Shown here: positions 13,401-27,263 of the stretch, piece by piece
How positions within the stretch are numbered: the first letter of the stretch is position 1
How the letters are laid out: the number at the start of each line of letters is the position of its first letter
DNA from: Anaeramoeba ignava BMAN
Lineage: Eukaryota; Protista; Anaeramoebae
Length of the DNA stretch: 64,000 bases
Direction: 5' to 3'
Assembly (NCBI GenBank): GCA_028826165.1
Contig: JAPDFW010000127.1
Span: 1 to 64,000 of the forward strand
Program-made: the position numbers and the translations under genes
The notes under the pieces: generated by a model
Told to the model about the DNA's origin: nothing
The model's database searches: none
Seen by the model: only the letters and a program-made list of their open reading frames with translations

Positions 13401-16400
13401 CAGTTTCATGGACCCAATCAACTTTGCAATCCCAAAATATACTTTCAAACCAGTTGTTATTTGTGTTCATCATTGTATTTAAAATCCAGCGGGAAAGTTT
13501 TCCTGTGTCTCTTTGGTAAATTGTTTCAAGAAGAGATGTTGTAATTGGGCTTGAAATAGAATTTGGAATGTGTGAAAAAATTGCAAGAGTAAAAGTTGTT
13601 AAGAATTTCCCAAAAAGAAAATCTGTATTTGGTGTTGAAGATTGTTGTGTTGTGAATCTATCATATCCTAGAGAAATAGATTCAACAAAACTAACCATTT
13701 CAAAATCAAAAAAGTATTTTCTTGTTAATAATTGAATATTATCATCCCAAACTTCTTTTTGCAAAGTTTTCGGATATTTGATTGGTTTTGTATTATTTTG
13801 ATTTTTGATTTGCTCTGATTTTTCAATTCTCTGATATAAAAGCATATATGCTGAAAATATTTTTTTTGATTTTGTTTTTTGATTTGTTTTTGGGTTATAA
13901 ATTGTTTGTGTTCCTCCAAAGGATTGATATTTCAGTTCTTTCATAGATAGGAGTGAACAATTACTATCATCAAATCTTAACCATTTTGTTATTTTTGTAT
14001 TCCATCTTGGGTTTTTTTCTTTGATAAAAGAATAATAATGTCCTGATTCTGTGTTTCCTAAATGAACTATAATTCCTACGAGTTGGTATTGATAACTTTT
14101 TTCGATTTCTTTTTTATTTTCAATTTCAATTTCATTTTGATTTTCAATTTCATTTTGATTTTCAATTTCAATTTCATTTTGATTTTCAATTTCAATTTCT
14201 TTTTGATTTTCCATTTTAATTTCATTTTCAATTTCGATGTCATTTTGATTTTTAATTTCAATTTCTTGATTTTCAATTTTAATTTCATTTTGATTTTCAT
14301 TTTGATTTTCTTTTTGATTTTCATTTTTAATTTCTTTTTGATTTTCAATTTCAATTTCATTTTTATTTTGATTTTCATTTTTAATTTCATTTTGATTTTC
14401 CATTTCAATTTCATTTTGATTTTTTATTTCAATTTCATTTTGATTTTCCATTTTAATTTCATTTTGATTTTCATTTTTAATTTGATTTTCATTTTGATTT
14501 TCATTTTGATTTTGATTTTGATTTTGATTTTCAATTTCAATTTTCATTTTTATTTTCATTTTGATTTTGATTTTCAATTTCATTTTGATTTTCAATTTTA
14601 ATTTGATTTTGATTTTGATTTTGATTTTGATTTTGATTTTGATTTTGATTTTGATTTTGATTTTGATTTTTCATTTTGATTTTTGATTTTCATTTTTGAT
14701 TTTTTTATTTTTATTTTCATTTTGATTTTGATTTTGATTTTCATTTTCAATAGCATTTTCATTTGTATTTGGACTTGCTTTCATTTTTCCTTCTTTTGTA
14801 AAACTTTCCATATCAAGAGTCATTGGAAATACACATTTACTATTAATTTTATATCTTCTTTGAGTTTCTAAGTTATATTTAAATCGCTTCAAATGAAATA
14901 TTAAAATTTTAGGTAATTCAGTAAAAGAAATACTTTTCACAGCATCAACTTTCTTTTTCAATTCCTCACAATAATATTGATTATCTCTAACAAGCAATTC
15001 ATCTTCAGTATATTGCTTTAAAGATTCTTCAATTGTTTTATTTTTTGCAATATCTAATGAAATTGTATAAAAAGGTTCTTCACGTTTAGAACAGTAATTA
15101 TATTGTTTAACTGAGATTTTATTTTCCACTTTTCCACCGAAAATTTCCCTGAAGTAATTTTCTTGATTTGTTTTCTTCACATATTCTTCCAATTTATCGA
15201 ACAACCTATTTAAAAACTCTTCAGCATCCATTTGAATATTTGTATCCAAGGGTTCCCCATCCCAATCTTTGAAATTTTTAGAAAATTTACGAGGACTAAT
15301 ATCCGATCTTATGCTCTGATCCAAATATGTCAAAATTCTCTGGAAATGATAAAACAAAGGATCACTTTTGGTAGTGCATTCTATTTGCAAAATTCCTCGA
15401 CGAAATTCTTCAACCATATATAATTGTTGCATAATCGAATTTAAATAGCATGTTGCACCAAGATTACGCAATCCGATATATTTTGGTCGTGAGAAATAAG
15501 GCGCCCGACAATTGTAATACCAATTTCCTGAAAAAATTTCAATTTTTTCTTGCAAAGGATCAAGAAATTTGACTACATCAATTATGCTTGAGAAGTTTTT
15601 GAAACAAAATTTTTGCAATAGTTTATATGCTGTATGGCGAGTTTTTTGAGTCAAACATTTTGAGTATTTTTGGTTCTTTTGAGAGGGAATTGTGAACAGA
15701 CAAATTTTTAATACTGCTTGTAATAAATTTGAGTTGATCTTTGATTTTATTTTTGATTGTGAAAATTTGATCACAATTTTGTTGCAAATTTCAAGATAAT
15801 TCAAAAGAACAAAATCGATTTGGAAATTAGTTTCAATACGTTTGCGATTCAAGATTAACTGATGGATTGAGTTGTAAATTTTGTTTATCATCTCTACAAT
15901 TACTGTTCTAAAATTAGGCATTTTAGGTATCAATTCAATGCAATAAAAAATTAAATAATCAAAAATGGCAAAAAAATGGTGATATTGAGCTGTTATTTCC
16001 ACTTGAGTTACAGAATCAATTTCCTCCAATTTTGAAAAGAAAACTCTCAAACAAAAAATACCAAAAGGTTCTTGTTTTTGTGTATTTTCTTTTTGAGAAA
16101 TTTCTTGATCTTTAGAAATACAATCTAAGTATTGTTTTAAAATGTTAGAGATATTATTGTAAATTTGGGCATGAATAAGAGCACTGTTTTGTATAATGAG
16201 TGTTTTTGTTATCCAATCGGAAAATGAGGGGAATTCTTGTAGATAATGAATCCAAATAAGATTTTGAGAAGAAATTAAAATATGCATAATTTGGGAACAC
16301 AAAGTAATTAAATCTGTTAGTTGAATTATATCATTTGAGTTTTGTGTGTTATCCGAAAATTCCATAATTGTATCATACATTCTGTGTACAAATTGTTTTG

Positions 16401-19400
16401 GTGTGTATGGTTGGAAATTTTTAATAGTGTTAATTACAGTACTAGTGATAGAATCATCACTCATAATATCATATATAATTTTTAATGTCATGACAATAAC
16501 TTTTTCTGTAGAGTTTTTTAATATTTCTTGTTGTTGTGTTTGTTTTAATTTTTCTTTTTCTGTAAAATAGAAAAATAATTTGAGAACTTGATGTAATCCG
16601 TTTGTTTGAATAAAAGATGTATTCCAAGAAAAAGAAAGTTGATTTTCATTTTCAATTTGAATATTTTGATTTTGATTTTGATTTTGATTTTGATTTTGAT
16701 TTTGATTTTGATTTTGATTTTGATTTTGATTTTGATTTTGATTTTGATTTTGATTTTGATTTTGATTTTGATTTTGATTTTGATTTTGATTTTGATTTTG
16801 ATTTTGATTTTCTTTTTCATTTTCATTTATAATCTCAATTTGAATATTTTCATTTTGATTTTCTTTTTGATTTTCATTTATAATTTGAATATTTTGATTT
16901 TCATTTTGATTTTGATTTTGATTTTATATTTTGATTATTTTCATTTTCATTTTCATTTATAATTTGAATATTTTCTTTTTCATTTTCATTTATAATTTGA
17001 ATATTTTGGTTTTCTTTTTGATTTTGATTTTGATTTTGATTTTGATTTTGATTTTCATTTTCATTTTCATTTTGATTTTCATTTATAATTTGAATATTTT
17101 CTTTTTCATTTTCATTTATAATTTGCATATTTTGGTTTTCATTTTCATTTTCATTTTCATTTATAATTTGAATATTTTGATTTTCTTTTTCATTTTGATT
17201 TTCATTTTGAAAACGTTCAATTTTTCCAACTGAAATGGAATTTGAAATGGAATTTAAATTTAATTTATAATTTGTTTTCATTCCTTGATTCAAAATGTAA
17301 TAATCAATTACTCGAAGAAAATATAAAATTTTGAAAAATGATTCTGAAGAAATCATCTCATCTGTAATTAATTGTTGAATAGGAAAATTTTTTATATCAT
17401 TAATAGAATGAAATTGTCTCAAAACTTGTTCATTAGTGGGAATCAAAAGAAGCAATTTCCAAATATTTTGACCGATTCTAGTTTCATCAAGATTATCAAG
17501 AAGAGCTCCTGAATATTCTGATAAAATAAAACTTGGCAAATCTTGAGATTTTGGGATTATTGGGTTTTTTTCATGGTGAATATTTGAAAGTTGAGCATTT
17601 TCTAGAATTTTAAGATTAATTCTTCTGGAAAAGAAAAAATTTGTTTCACTCAATATTTTTGCTGTTTCAGGAATATCTCCAAAATCCAATTGATTTTTGC
17701 AAATAAATTTTTGCTGTATTTGGTGGAGGATTGATTGTTTGAAATGATGGATAGTATCATTCAAATAAAATTTCATAGTAAAATTTTGATCTGCGATATA
17801 AATTGTAATGTCAAAAGGTGATTCTTTTAATAAAAATAAATGTCTTTGGAATTCCAAAAAATCAGGATCAATAAATTTCTCAGTTTTTTCAATAAATTTC
17901 AATATAATAAATAAACTTCTATATTTGATTTCTTGGTCAGACACTTGTAAAAAATAGCGCATGCAACGATCTAAAAATTCTTTTCTTTTTTGATTTAAAC
18001 AAAAATTTGGATATTTTTGAAATTGAATTAAAAATGAGGCTGCTTTTGTTAGAACTTGTTGGTCATCGCAATGCAAACAAATTTCCCAGATTTTCTCAAC
18101 ACTTTGCAAAAATGTTTTGTCAGGAATTCCAACAACAATAAATTGTTCTAAATCTCCTTGAATGATTTTGTTGTTAAAATTGACAGAAAAAGAAAAGAAT
18201 TTGAAAAACTCATATTGATTAATAGTCATTGTTTTTTCTTCTAGTTTTAAAGATTTATCAAAAAGAAGGTATGTAATTTCAGAATTTAATATAAATTGTT
18301 GAATCGAAAGAATCCATTTGAGGAAATTATCTTTTTCTTCTTGATTTTTTGTATTTTCAAAAAAGATTTCATAAAGTTTTTGTACAAGATTTTTGGATTC
18401 TTGAATATTTCTTAAGGAAAGAAATTGTTTGAGAATTGTAAATAGAAAATCGAGCTTTATCAAGATGATATTAAATAAATTTTTAAATTTTTAAATTTTA
18501 AATAAATTTTAAATAAATTTTAAATTAATTTTTAACTTTTGTCTTACTTTTAAAGATCGTGAGCAATCCTCTAAAAAATCAATATTTTGAATATTTTTTT
18601 TGTTTAAATTTTCCATGTTATTCTTTTCATTAATTTCAATAGATTTTTCAAAATGACTCAAAATTGTAGAAAGAAATTTCATTTCTTTTTCATGAAAAGG
18701 GAATTTTTTCATAATATTAATAATAAATACAAAACTAAAAGTAGCAGCTTTTTCACTTTGAATATTTTGCAAACAATAAATAAAAATGTTTTGGCAAACT
18801 TTTTGAGAACAATTATCATCAATAAAACTTGAAAAATTCCCAAACAACAAAATTCTCAAATTTTGATCCAAAAATTTATCATTAAGTAAATTCCATACTT
18901 TCTGAATAGGTTTAAAAGAGCATTGCTTTTTTCTTTTGCACATCTGAGTTGCAAACTGGAAAACAAATGAAACATTTTGTTCATTCCACTCAGTAATTTG
19001 GTTAATCTTCTGGAAAAGATCTTCTTTTAACTCCAATGAAATTTTTGGAGTGATCCACAAAAGTGAATCAAAAACTGCTTCATTTGTTGATTTGTCTCCC
19101 TAAAATAAGTCATATTTATTTGATATAAAAAAAATTTTTTTTTCATTCTAAGTTGATTTGTTTTGATCAAGTTGAAAAAATTTCAACTAAAAATTTCAAA
19201 TAAAAATTTCAATTATATGAAGACAATCTAATTGAAATTGTTCACACAAACATGAGTTGCATTCCAAATTTGGTTCAATTCTTTCTTTCCAATGTAACCA
19301 TTTTCGGCGAGGAATTGTAATGTATAATGGGATCTTTTTACTAGTTCTGCATGCAATGTTTTTCCGAATAAAATATCCATAATATTATTTTCTTTCATTT

Positions 19401-20605
19401 TTTTAAAAAATTCACTATTTTTATAAATGAATTTTATAAATGAATTTTATAAATGAATATTAATTTTAATTTTATAAATGAATATTAATTTTAATTTCAT
19501 AAATGAATATTAATTTTAATTTTATAAATGAATTTTTATTTTAATTTTATAAATGAATATTAATTTTAATTTTATAAATGAATATTAATTTTATTTTTAT
19601 AAATGAATATTAATTTTAATTTTATAAATGAATATTAATTTTAATTTTAATTTCAATTTCATAAATGAATATTAATTTTAATTTTATAAATGAATATTAA
19701 TTTTAATTTTAATTTTAATATTAATTTTAATTTTAATTTTATAAATGAATATTAATTTTAATTTTATAAATGAATTTTAATTTCAATTTTAATTTCAATT
19801 TTAATTTCAATTTTAATTTTAATTTTATAAATGAATTTTAATTTTATAAATGAATTTTAATTTTATAAATGAATTTTCATTTTAATTTTATAAATGAATT
19901 TTAATTTTAATTTTATAAATGAATATTAATTTTAATTTTATAAATGAATTGTAATTTTAATTTTATAAATGAATTGTAATTTTAAATTTCATAAATGAAT
20001 TTTAATTTTAATATTTTTTTTTTCAAAATAACACACATTTTTGATAAATGTATTATTTTTTTCTTTGTTCGGGAAATATCCCTTGAAATCTCAGAAATTT
20101 CATTAATTCCAATAACTTTCATTTCCAAAAATGGAGAATTTAAATAACGAAAAGAAAAAGTAATTTTTGCATTTTCAAATTGTTTTTTTGAATCTGAATT
20201 AAAAGGAGATTGCATTTCAAAAACAATTTTAATAATTTCATCCAAAGATTGTTTTGATTGATTTCGAAGTTGTTCATATTTTTCATTGATTATCATGTCT
20301 GTTAATTCAATTAAAGGAAGTAAATATTGAATTTGAAGTGATTCATCAAAATATTTATAATTAAAATAAATTGGTTTTAAAAGCATTTTTATTCTTATTG
20401 CTGAAACTGCTTGTGTTTTATCTAAAAGTCTTGAAATTAATCCTTGAAATCCATTAATAGAATCAAAGAATTCAAGATTTTCATCAAAAAACTGATATTT
20501 TGTTTCTCGAAATGACTAAATTTATTTGGGTTTTTCAAAATCAAATTATTAAAAAATTTTTTTTTGATTTTTAATTATTCTTACAGATTTTATTTGATTT
20601 TCCAT
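10435..20605 (-). CDS. Large ubiquitin-specific protease, USP9/USP24/USP34-like, multi-exon, with N/Q/E low-complexity inserts
   Basis: Cys box GLRNLGATCYLNSIMQQLY, QMDAEEF, LIFHLKRF, His box YQLVGIIVHLGNTESGHYYSFIK..WLRFDD, and SPFLEMKVIGINEI (USP24/34 N-terminal motif). Probable start ATG at 20605. Confidence 0.9.
19420..20010. repeat. Intronic ~25-bp AT-rich satellite (ATAAATGAATATTAATTTTAATTTT)n
   Basis: Tandem copies in an intron of the USP gene. Confidence 0.9.
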
Positions 20606-20816
20606 TTAAAAATTATTTATAAAAATTATTTTTATAATTATTTTTATAATTTTTTTGTATATTTTGTCTTTTTAGGAAATGAAAAAGAAAAATGAAAAAA
20701 AAAATGAAAAAAAAATTAAAAAAAAAAGAAGAAAAATTTTTTTTTTCGCTTTTTTTAAATCAAAAAGATCATTCATTCCACTTTTTATCTCTTTTAAAAC
20801 AAGACTTTTCTAATTT

Positions 20817-22606
20817 TTATTTCCTTTTTCTTTTAATTTTTTGATTATTAAATTTCTTAATTAATAAATCAAATAAATTTGGATTTGTTTGATTTAATTG
20901 AAAATAATCAATTCCAATTTTAATTTCATCAATTATTTCTTGTGTAATTTTCATTCCTTCTTGAATTTGATTTGAATAAATCCAATATTCTAATATTTGA
21001 AATGATTTATCACTTAATTCACTATAATCTGTAACTTTATTTGAAGTATCATTTGTTACAGATAAAAACATTCCTCGATATAATTCACTTCTCATTATTA
21101 ATATTAATTTAGGAAATTTATATTGTTTTTCTTTTCTTTCAATAATAAAATCTTTTTCATTTTCATTTAAATAAATTCTTTCAATTGTTTCTTCAATTTT
21201 TTCATTTGAATTTATAATTTCTTTAATTTCAGAATATAATTTTGGATTTATTTTTCTGTTTGAATAAATCATTTCAAATATTTGATTTGATTCTTTAATT
21301 GATTTTTTTGAAATAATTTCTTGAAGTTTTTCAATTTGGATTTGTTTTTTTAATCTATATTTCAATATTAATTTATGAGCTTCAATTATTTCTCCATTTT
21401 CTATGTTTTAAATGAAATATCACAAAATTCTTTTCTTCTAAATAGTTTTATCAAATCTTCTTCAAGATTGGAAAAAGAAAGAGGAGAATAATAAAGAAAT
21501 GAAGTGTTTTCTCCACAAGAAATGTGATAATTAGAAATTTCTTCATTAAATCTTAATTCAGGAATTTTAATTTGAAATGGAATTGTTTTATGATATTCTT
21601 CTTGTCGATTTGCTAATTGTCCATAGTAGCTTATTCCAAATCCAATTAATTTCCCTTTTTTTGTTAAAATCAAAGTATGAGAAGCTCCAACAGAAATTTC
21701 AAGAATATTATCACCATCATTTTTAAATAAAGATAATTTGATTTCAGTAAATTCATAAGTATTTTGGTTTTTGTTAAGTCCAGTAAATCTATAATCTCCA
21801 GTTGAATAAAGTTTTCTTTTTGGATTTTCATTTTTATTTTGATATTCTTCTTCAATTAACATTATTGAATGAAAATTTCCACATTGAATATCAATTATTT
21901 TGCCTTGTGGAATTTTGATTGTGGTTAATTTTTGAATCTTTGTGTATTTTGGTGATTTTTTTGATTTTCCTAATCCAAGTTGATCATTTTCATTATTTCC
22001 GCAACCAAATAATTTTTGATTTGAATTCAAAAGAAAAACAGAATGTGAATCAGTCCCTGAAAATATTTTAGAAACATTTTTCATCATTAAAATTGGTTTT
22101 TCTGTTTGTATTGGTAATTTTACACCAAATTGACCATAATAATTTGAACCAATTCCATAAACATTTTGATTTGAAGTTAATAAATAAATTGAACTCAAAC
22201 CACAAACAATATCTTCAATTATTCTATCATTTTTATCTTCAATTAATGATGAAATATTGATAAATTCTTTTGGATTTTTTGAATTAATATAAGTTCCTTT
22301 GGCAAATACATTTCCTTCTTTTGTTAAAATAGCTTCATTATGAACACCAACAGATACTTTTTGAATATTTTCAATTTGGATTTTTTCAGGATTTTGATTT
22401 GAATTTGAATATTCTTCATTTAAATATTCTATTGCTTTTCCATTTTCAAAAAGGAAAATTGTTGAAAAATAACCTGATGCAATTTGTTTAATTTGTTTTT
22501 CATTTTCATTTTCAAATTTAAATTGAATTGGTTTTATTATTATTTCTTCTTCATTTTCGAAAAGAATTATTGGAAAATTTGAACCAAAAAATAAACAATC
22601 ATTCAT
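20817..22606 (-). CDS. RCC1-repeat plus tandem BTB/POZ-like protein, paralogue 1 (frameshift ~21400)
   Basis: RCC1 motifs (GSNYYGQFG, CGNNENDQLGLG, ISVGASHTLIL) followed by FCDISF..AHKLIL and KLILIMRSELYRGMF. Confidence 0.85.
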
Positions 22607-23309
22607 TTTTAAAAAGAAAAAAAATGAAAAATGAATTTTGATTTTGATTTTAATTTTGATTTTAATTTTAATTTTAATTTTAATTTTAATTTTAATTTTA
22701 ATTTTAATTTTAATTTTAATTTTAATTTTAATTTTAATTTTAATTTTAATTTTGATTTTAATTTTAATTTTGGATTTTGATCTTATTTAAATTTAATTTG
22801 ATTTTAATTTAAATTTTGGATTTTGATCTTATTTAATTTTAATTTTAATTTTGAATTTAAATTTTAATTTTAATTTTAATTTTAAATTTTCCTTGGAATT
22901 TTAATTTAAATTTTAATTTGATTTTGGATTTTGATCTTATTTAAATTTTGATAATCATTTTAATTTTGATCTTTAATTTTAATTGAGTTTTTTTTTTTTG
23001 AATTAGAAAATAAAATTTAATAATAAATTTTTCAAGAGGTAAATAAGAATAATTTTTTTTATTTAAAAAAAAAACAATAAAAAAAATAAATAAGAATTGA
23101 GACATCAAATAAAATTTTTAAATTAAATTTTTGTTTGCAAGGAAGGCTAAAAAAAAAACGTCATACTATTTTTTTGAAGTTAAAAAGAAACACAAAATCA
23201 AATTAAAACTCTTCATTTTTCTTTTTTGAAAATTTTAATTTTTTTATTGAAAAAATTAATTTAAATTTTATTCTTTTTCTCTTCTTCTTTTTTATTTAGC
23301 TTTTCAAAA

Positions 23310-23661
23310 ATGGACTTTCAAGAAAAGACTTTTCAGGGATTAAGTTCTCATCTTTCTGTTTTTGATAATTCTCCCAAGCTTCTTTTTGATGTTAATGATT
23401 CAAGAAATTATTCTCAAGTATTTAATATTCCAAATGGATCTCCTCCTTATTCTATTGATGGTTTTTCTCGTTTCAATATGAATCACAAACTTGGAGATGC
23501 TATAGAATTAATTAGTGATATTGATGATTATGATAAGGTTTCTGTTAATCTTGATGATACTGATTATACTGGTGATAATGATAATAATGATAATGATAAT
23601 GATAATAATAATGATAATAATGATAATGATAATAATAATGATAATAATAATAATGATAATA

Positions 23662-23705
<44 letters not shown>

Positions 23706-24012
23706 AATAATGATAATAATAATGATAATAATAATGATAATAATAATGATAATAATGATAATGATAATGACAATGATAATGATAATAATAATGATAATGA
23801 TAATAATGATAATGATAATGATAATAATAATGATAATAATGATAATGATAATGACAATGATAATGATAATAATAATGATAATGATAATAATAATGATAAT
23901 GATAATAATAATGATAATGATAATGATAATAATGATAATGATAATAATAATAATAATGATAATGATAATAATAATAATAATGATAATGATAATAATGATA
24001 ATAATGATAATG

Positions 24013-24059
<47 letters not shown>

Positions 24060-24069
24060 GATAATGATG

Positions 24070-24104
<35 letters not shown>

Positions 24105-25385
24105 GATAATGACGATAATGATGATGGTGATACTGATGATGATGATAATGATAATGATGATAATGATGATGATGATGATGATACTGACGATGATAATGAG
24201 GCTCGTTTTGTTAAACTTATTGATAGTGATGATGATGATGAATTTTTTGTTAATCCTAATGATAATGGAAATGTTAGTGGAAATGTTAGTGGAAATGTTG
24301 GTGGGAATGTTGGTGGGAATTTTCACGAGTTTTGGAATTATTTTCCAGGATTAGATCTGGGAGATGGATCTCCTCCTCAATCCAGTAATGGTTTGTTTGA
24401 TTTAAATGTGGATCACAAATTTAAAAATGTTTCTCGTTCTAATTCCCCAAAATTTCTTTTTGATGATAATGATCCAGGAAATTATTCTCAAGGATTTAAT
24501 ATTCCAAATGGATCTCCTCCTTATTATGGTGATTCTTTAGATTATTTTAATCTGAAAAATTATAATTCTGATAATATTCAGAATTCAGAAAACTCAAAAT
24601 ATTACTTATTTCACTTTTTAAATCAAAATTCACAACGACCTAATACATTATCAAAAAATGTTTCTCTTTCTTCACTAACAGCTCAAGTTAGTTTGATTGA
24701 AGAAGAAACAACAACCTTTAAATATCTTTCAGATTTTGATTTAAATGTGTTTAGGTATCAAGAAAAAAACAAGAATGATTTTCAAGTTAGTGGAAATAAC
24801 ACTAATTTCATTTCTGATTTAAATTCAGAATTAATTTCAAATTCAAATCAAAACTCAAATCCAAAATGCAATCTAATTCCAAAATTAAATTCAGTTTCAA
24901 TTTCAAACTCAAAACAAATTTCCAAGAATAAAAATCGAAATAAAAAAAGAAAAACATTAACAAATCTTGATCAAGATGATTCAAAGAAAATAAAACAAAG
25001 AAACACATTAAGATTCAAAAAAAGGAATAATTCACAAGCTAAATTTTATAAAAATCAACCTATTCAAGAAATATTAGATATTTGCAAATTACATCATCCA
25101 GAATATCTTGTAGGATGGACAGAATCAACTTGGATTAATAAACTAAATGGGATTCTTCCAAAAAAAGTTCGAGTTGATAGAAGAATTTTCAAATTTATTG
25201 TTCAAAACACAAGATATAAATCCAAAAATCTAAAAAGTAAAAAAAATAAGAGAATTTATGATAGAAGAAATATTATTAAAAGATTTTTCCGTAAAGCAAT
25301 GAAAATGGAATATTGCAAAAAAAATAACCATCACAACCAAGATCTTATTTTCATTGATCCAAACTCAAAAAAAAAGGATAAATAA
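23310..25385 (+). CDS. Uncharacterised protein with a ~200-aa Asp/Asn tract and a basic C-terminal domain
   Basis: 691-aa ORF with unique N- and C-terminal parts; (GAT/AAT)n coding microsatellite at ~23575-24198. Confidence 0.7.
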
Positions 25386-25430
25386 ATTAATCCAAAAATT
25401 TTAATTTTAATTTTAATTTTAATTTTAATT

Positions 25431-27212
25431 TTAATTTTCGTTTTGATTAATAAATTGGTTAATTAATAAATCTAATAAATTTGGATGTGTTTGATTTAAT
25501 TGAAAATAGTCAATTCCTGTTTTAATTTCATCAATAATTTCTTCTGTAATTTGAATTTCTTCTTGGATTTCATTTGAATAAATCCAATATTCTAATATTT
25601 GAAACGATTCATCACTTAATTCACTATAATCTGTAACTTTATTGGATGTATCTTCAGTTACAGATAAAAACATTCCTCGATATAATTCACTTCTCATTAT
25701 TAATATTAATTTGGGAAATTTAATTTGGTTTTCATTTCTTTCAATTATAAAATCTTTTTCATTTTCATTTAAATAAATGCTTTTTATTGTTTCTTCAATT
25801 TTTTCATTTGAATTTACAATTTCTTTAATTTCTGAATATAATATTGGATTTATTGTGAAATTGTTTGAATAAATCATTTCAAATATTTGATTTGCTTCTT
25901 GGATTGATTTTTTTGAAATAATTTTTTGAAGTCTCTCAATTTGATATTCATAATGATTTAATCTATATTTCAATATTAATTTATGAGCTTCAATTATTTC
26001 TTCATTTTGAGCTTTAAATGAAATGTTGCAAAATTCTTTTCTTTGATAAAGCTTAATCAAATCTTCTTCGAGATTGGAAAAACGGAGGAGGAGAATAATA
26101 AAGAAATGATTTCTTTTCTCCACAAAAAACATGATAATTAGAAATATCATCTTTAAATCTTAATTCAGGAAGTTCAATTTGAATTGGAATAAATTGCTTT
26201 TCTCGATTTCCATTTCCTAATTGGCCATAAGGATTACTTCCGAATCCTATCATTCTCCCCTTTTCTGTTAAAATCAAGGTATGAAGATTGCCAACAAAAA
26301 ACTCACGAATATTATCATTTTCAAATAAAGGTGATTTGATTTCAGTGAATTTATAAGTAACTTGATATCTGCCAAGCCCATTAAATTCATTGAATCCACA
26401 CGAGTAAAGTTTTGTTTTTGGATTTTGGTTCTCATCTTCATCCTCAATCAACATTAATGAATGTAAATTTCCCATTTGAATATCAATTATTTTGCCTTTT
26501 GGAAGGTTTTTGATTTGAGTAAAATTGATGATGCTTGTGGGTTCATTTCTCGATTCTATTAACCCGAGTTGACCAAAAAGATTATTTCCGCAACTAAATA
26601 ATTCTTCGTTTGAATCCAAAAGAAAAACGGAATAAGAAAAAGTATTTGTGAAAACTCTTGTTATATTGCTCATCATAAAAATTGGCTTTTTTGCTGTTTT
26701 TGGATCTTCAAAACCAAATTGGGCATGAGAATTTAAACCGATTCCGTAAACATTTTGATTTGAAGTTAGTAAGAAAATTGATTCTGCACCAGAAACTACA
26801 TCTTCAATTATTCTGTCATTTGGGTCTTCAATTAGTGATGAAATTTTGATAAATTCATTTGGATTTTTTCGATTGATATATTTTCCTTTTGCAAATACTT
26901 TTCCTTTTGAAGTTAAAACGGCCTCATTATCAGAACCAAGAGTTACTTTTTCAATATTTTCAATTTGGATTTTTTCAGGATTTTGATTTGAATCATTTTC
27001 TGTATATTTTATTGCTTTTCCGTTTTGAAAAAGGAAAATTGTTGTGGTTTGATTTGCTGAGATTTGTTTAATTCGTTTAATTTCATTTTCATTTTCATTT
27101 TCAATTAGATTTAGATTTGGAAAATTAAATTTAATTGGTCTTGTTATTTGGTATGGTTCATTTACGAAAAGTTTTGGAAATTCATTTTTACCGAAATATA
27201 AAATTTCATCCA
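25431..27212 (-). CDS. RCC1-BTB protein, paralogue 2 (frameshift ~26080)
   Basis: Same architecture as paralogue 1; an extra T in a homopolymer at the RCC1/BTB boundary. Confidence 0.85.
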
Positions 27213-27263
27213 TTTTTGAAAAAAAGGAAAAAAATGAAAACAAAAAAAAAAAGGAAAAAAAAA

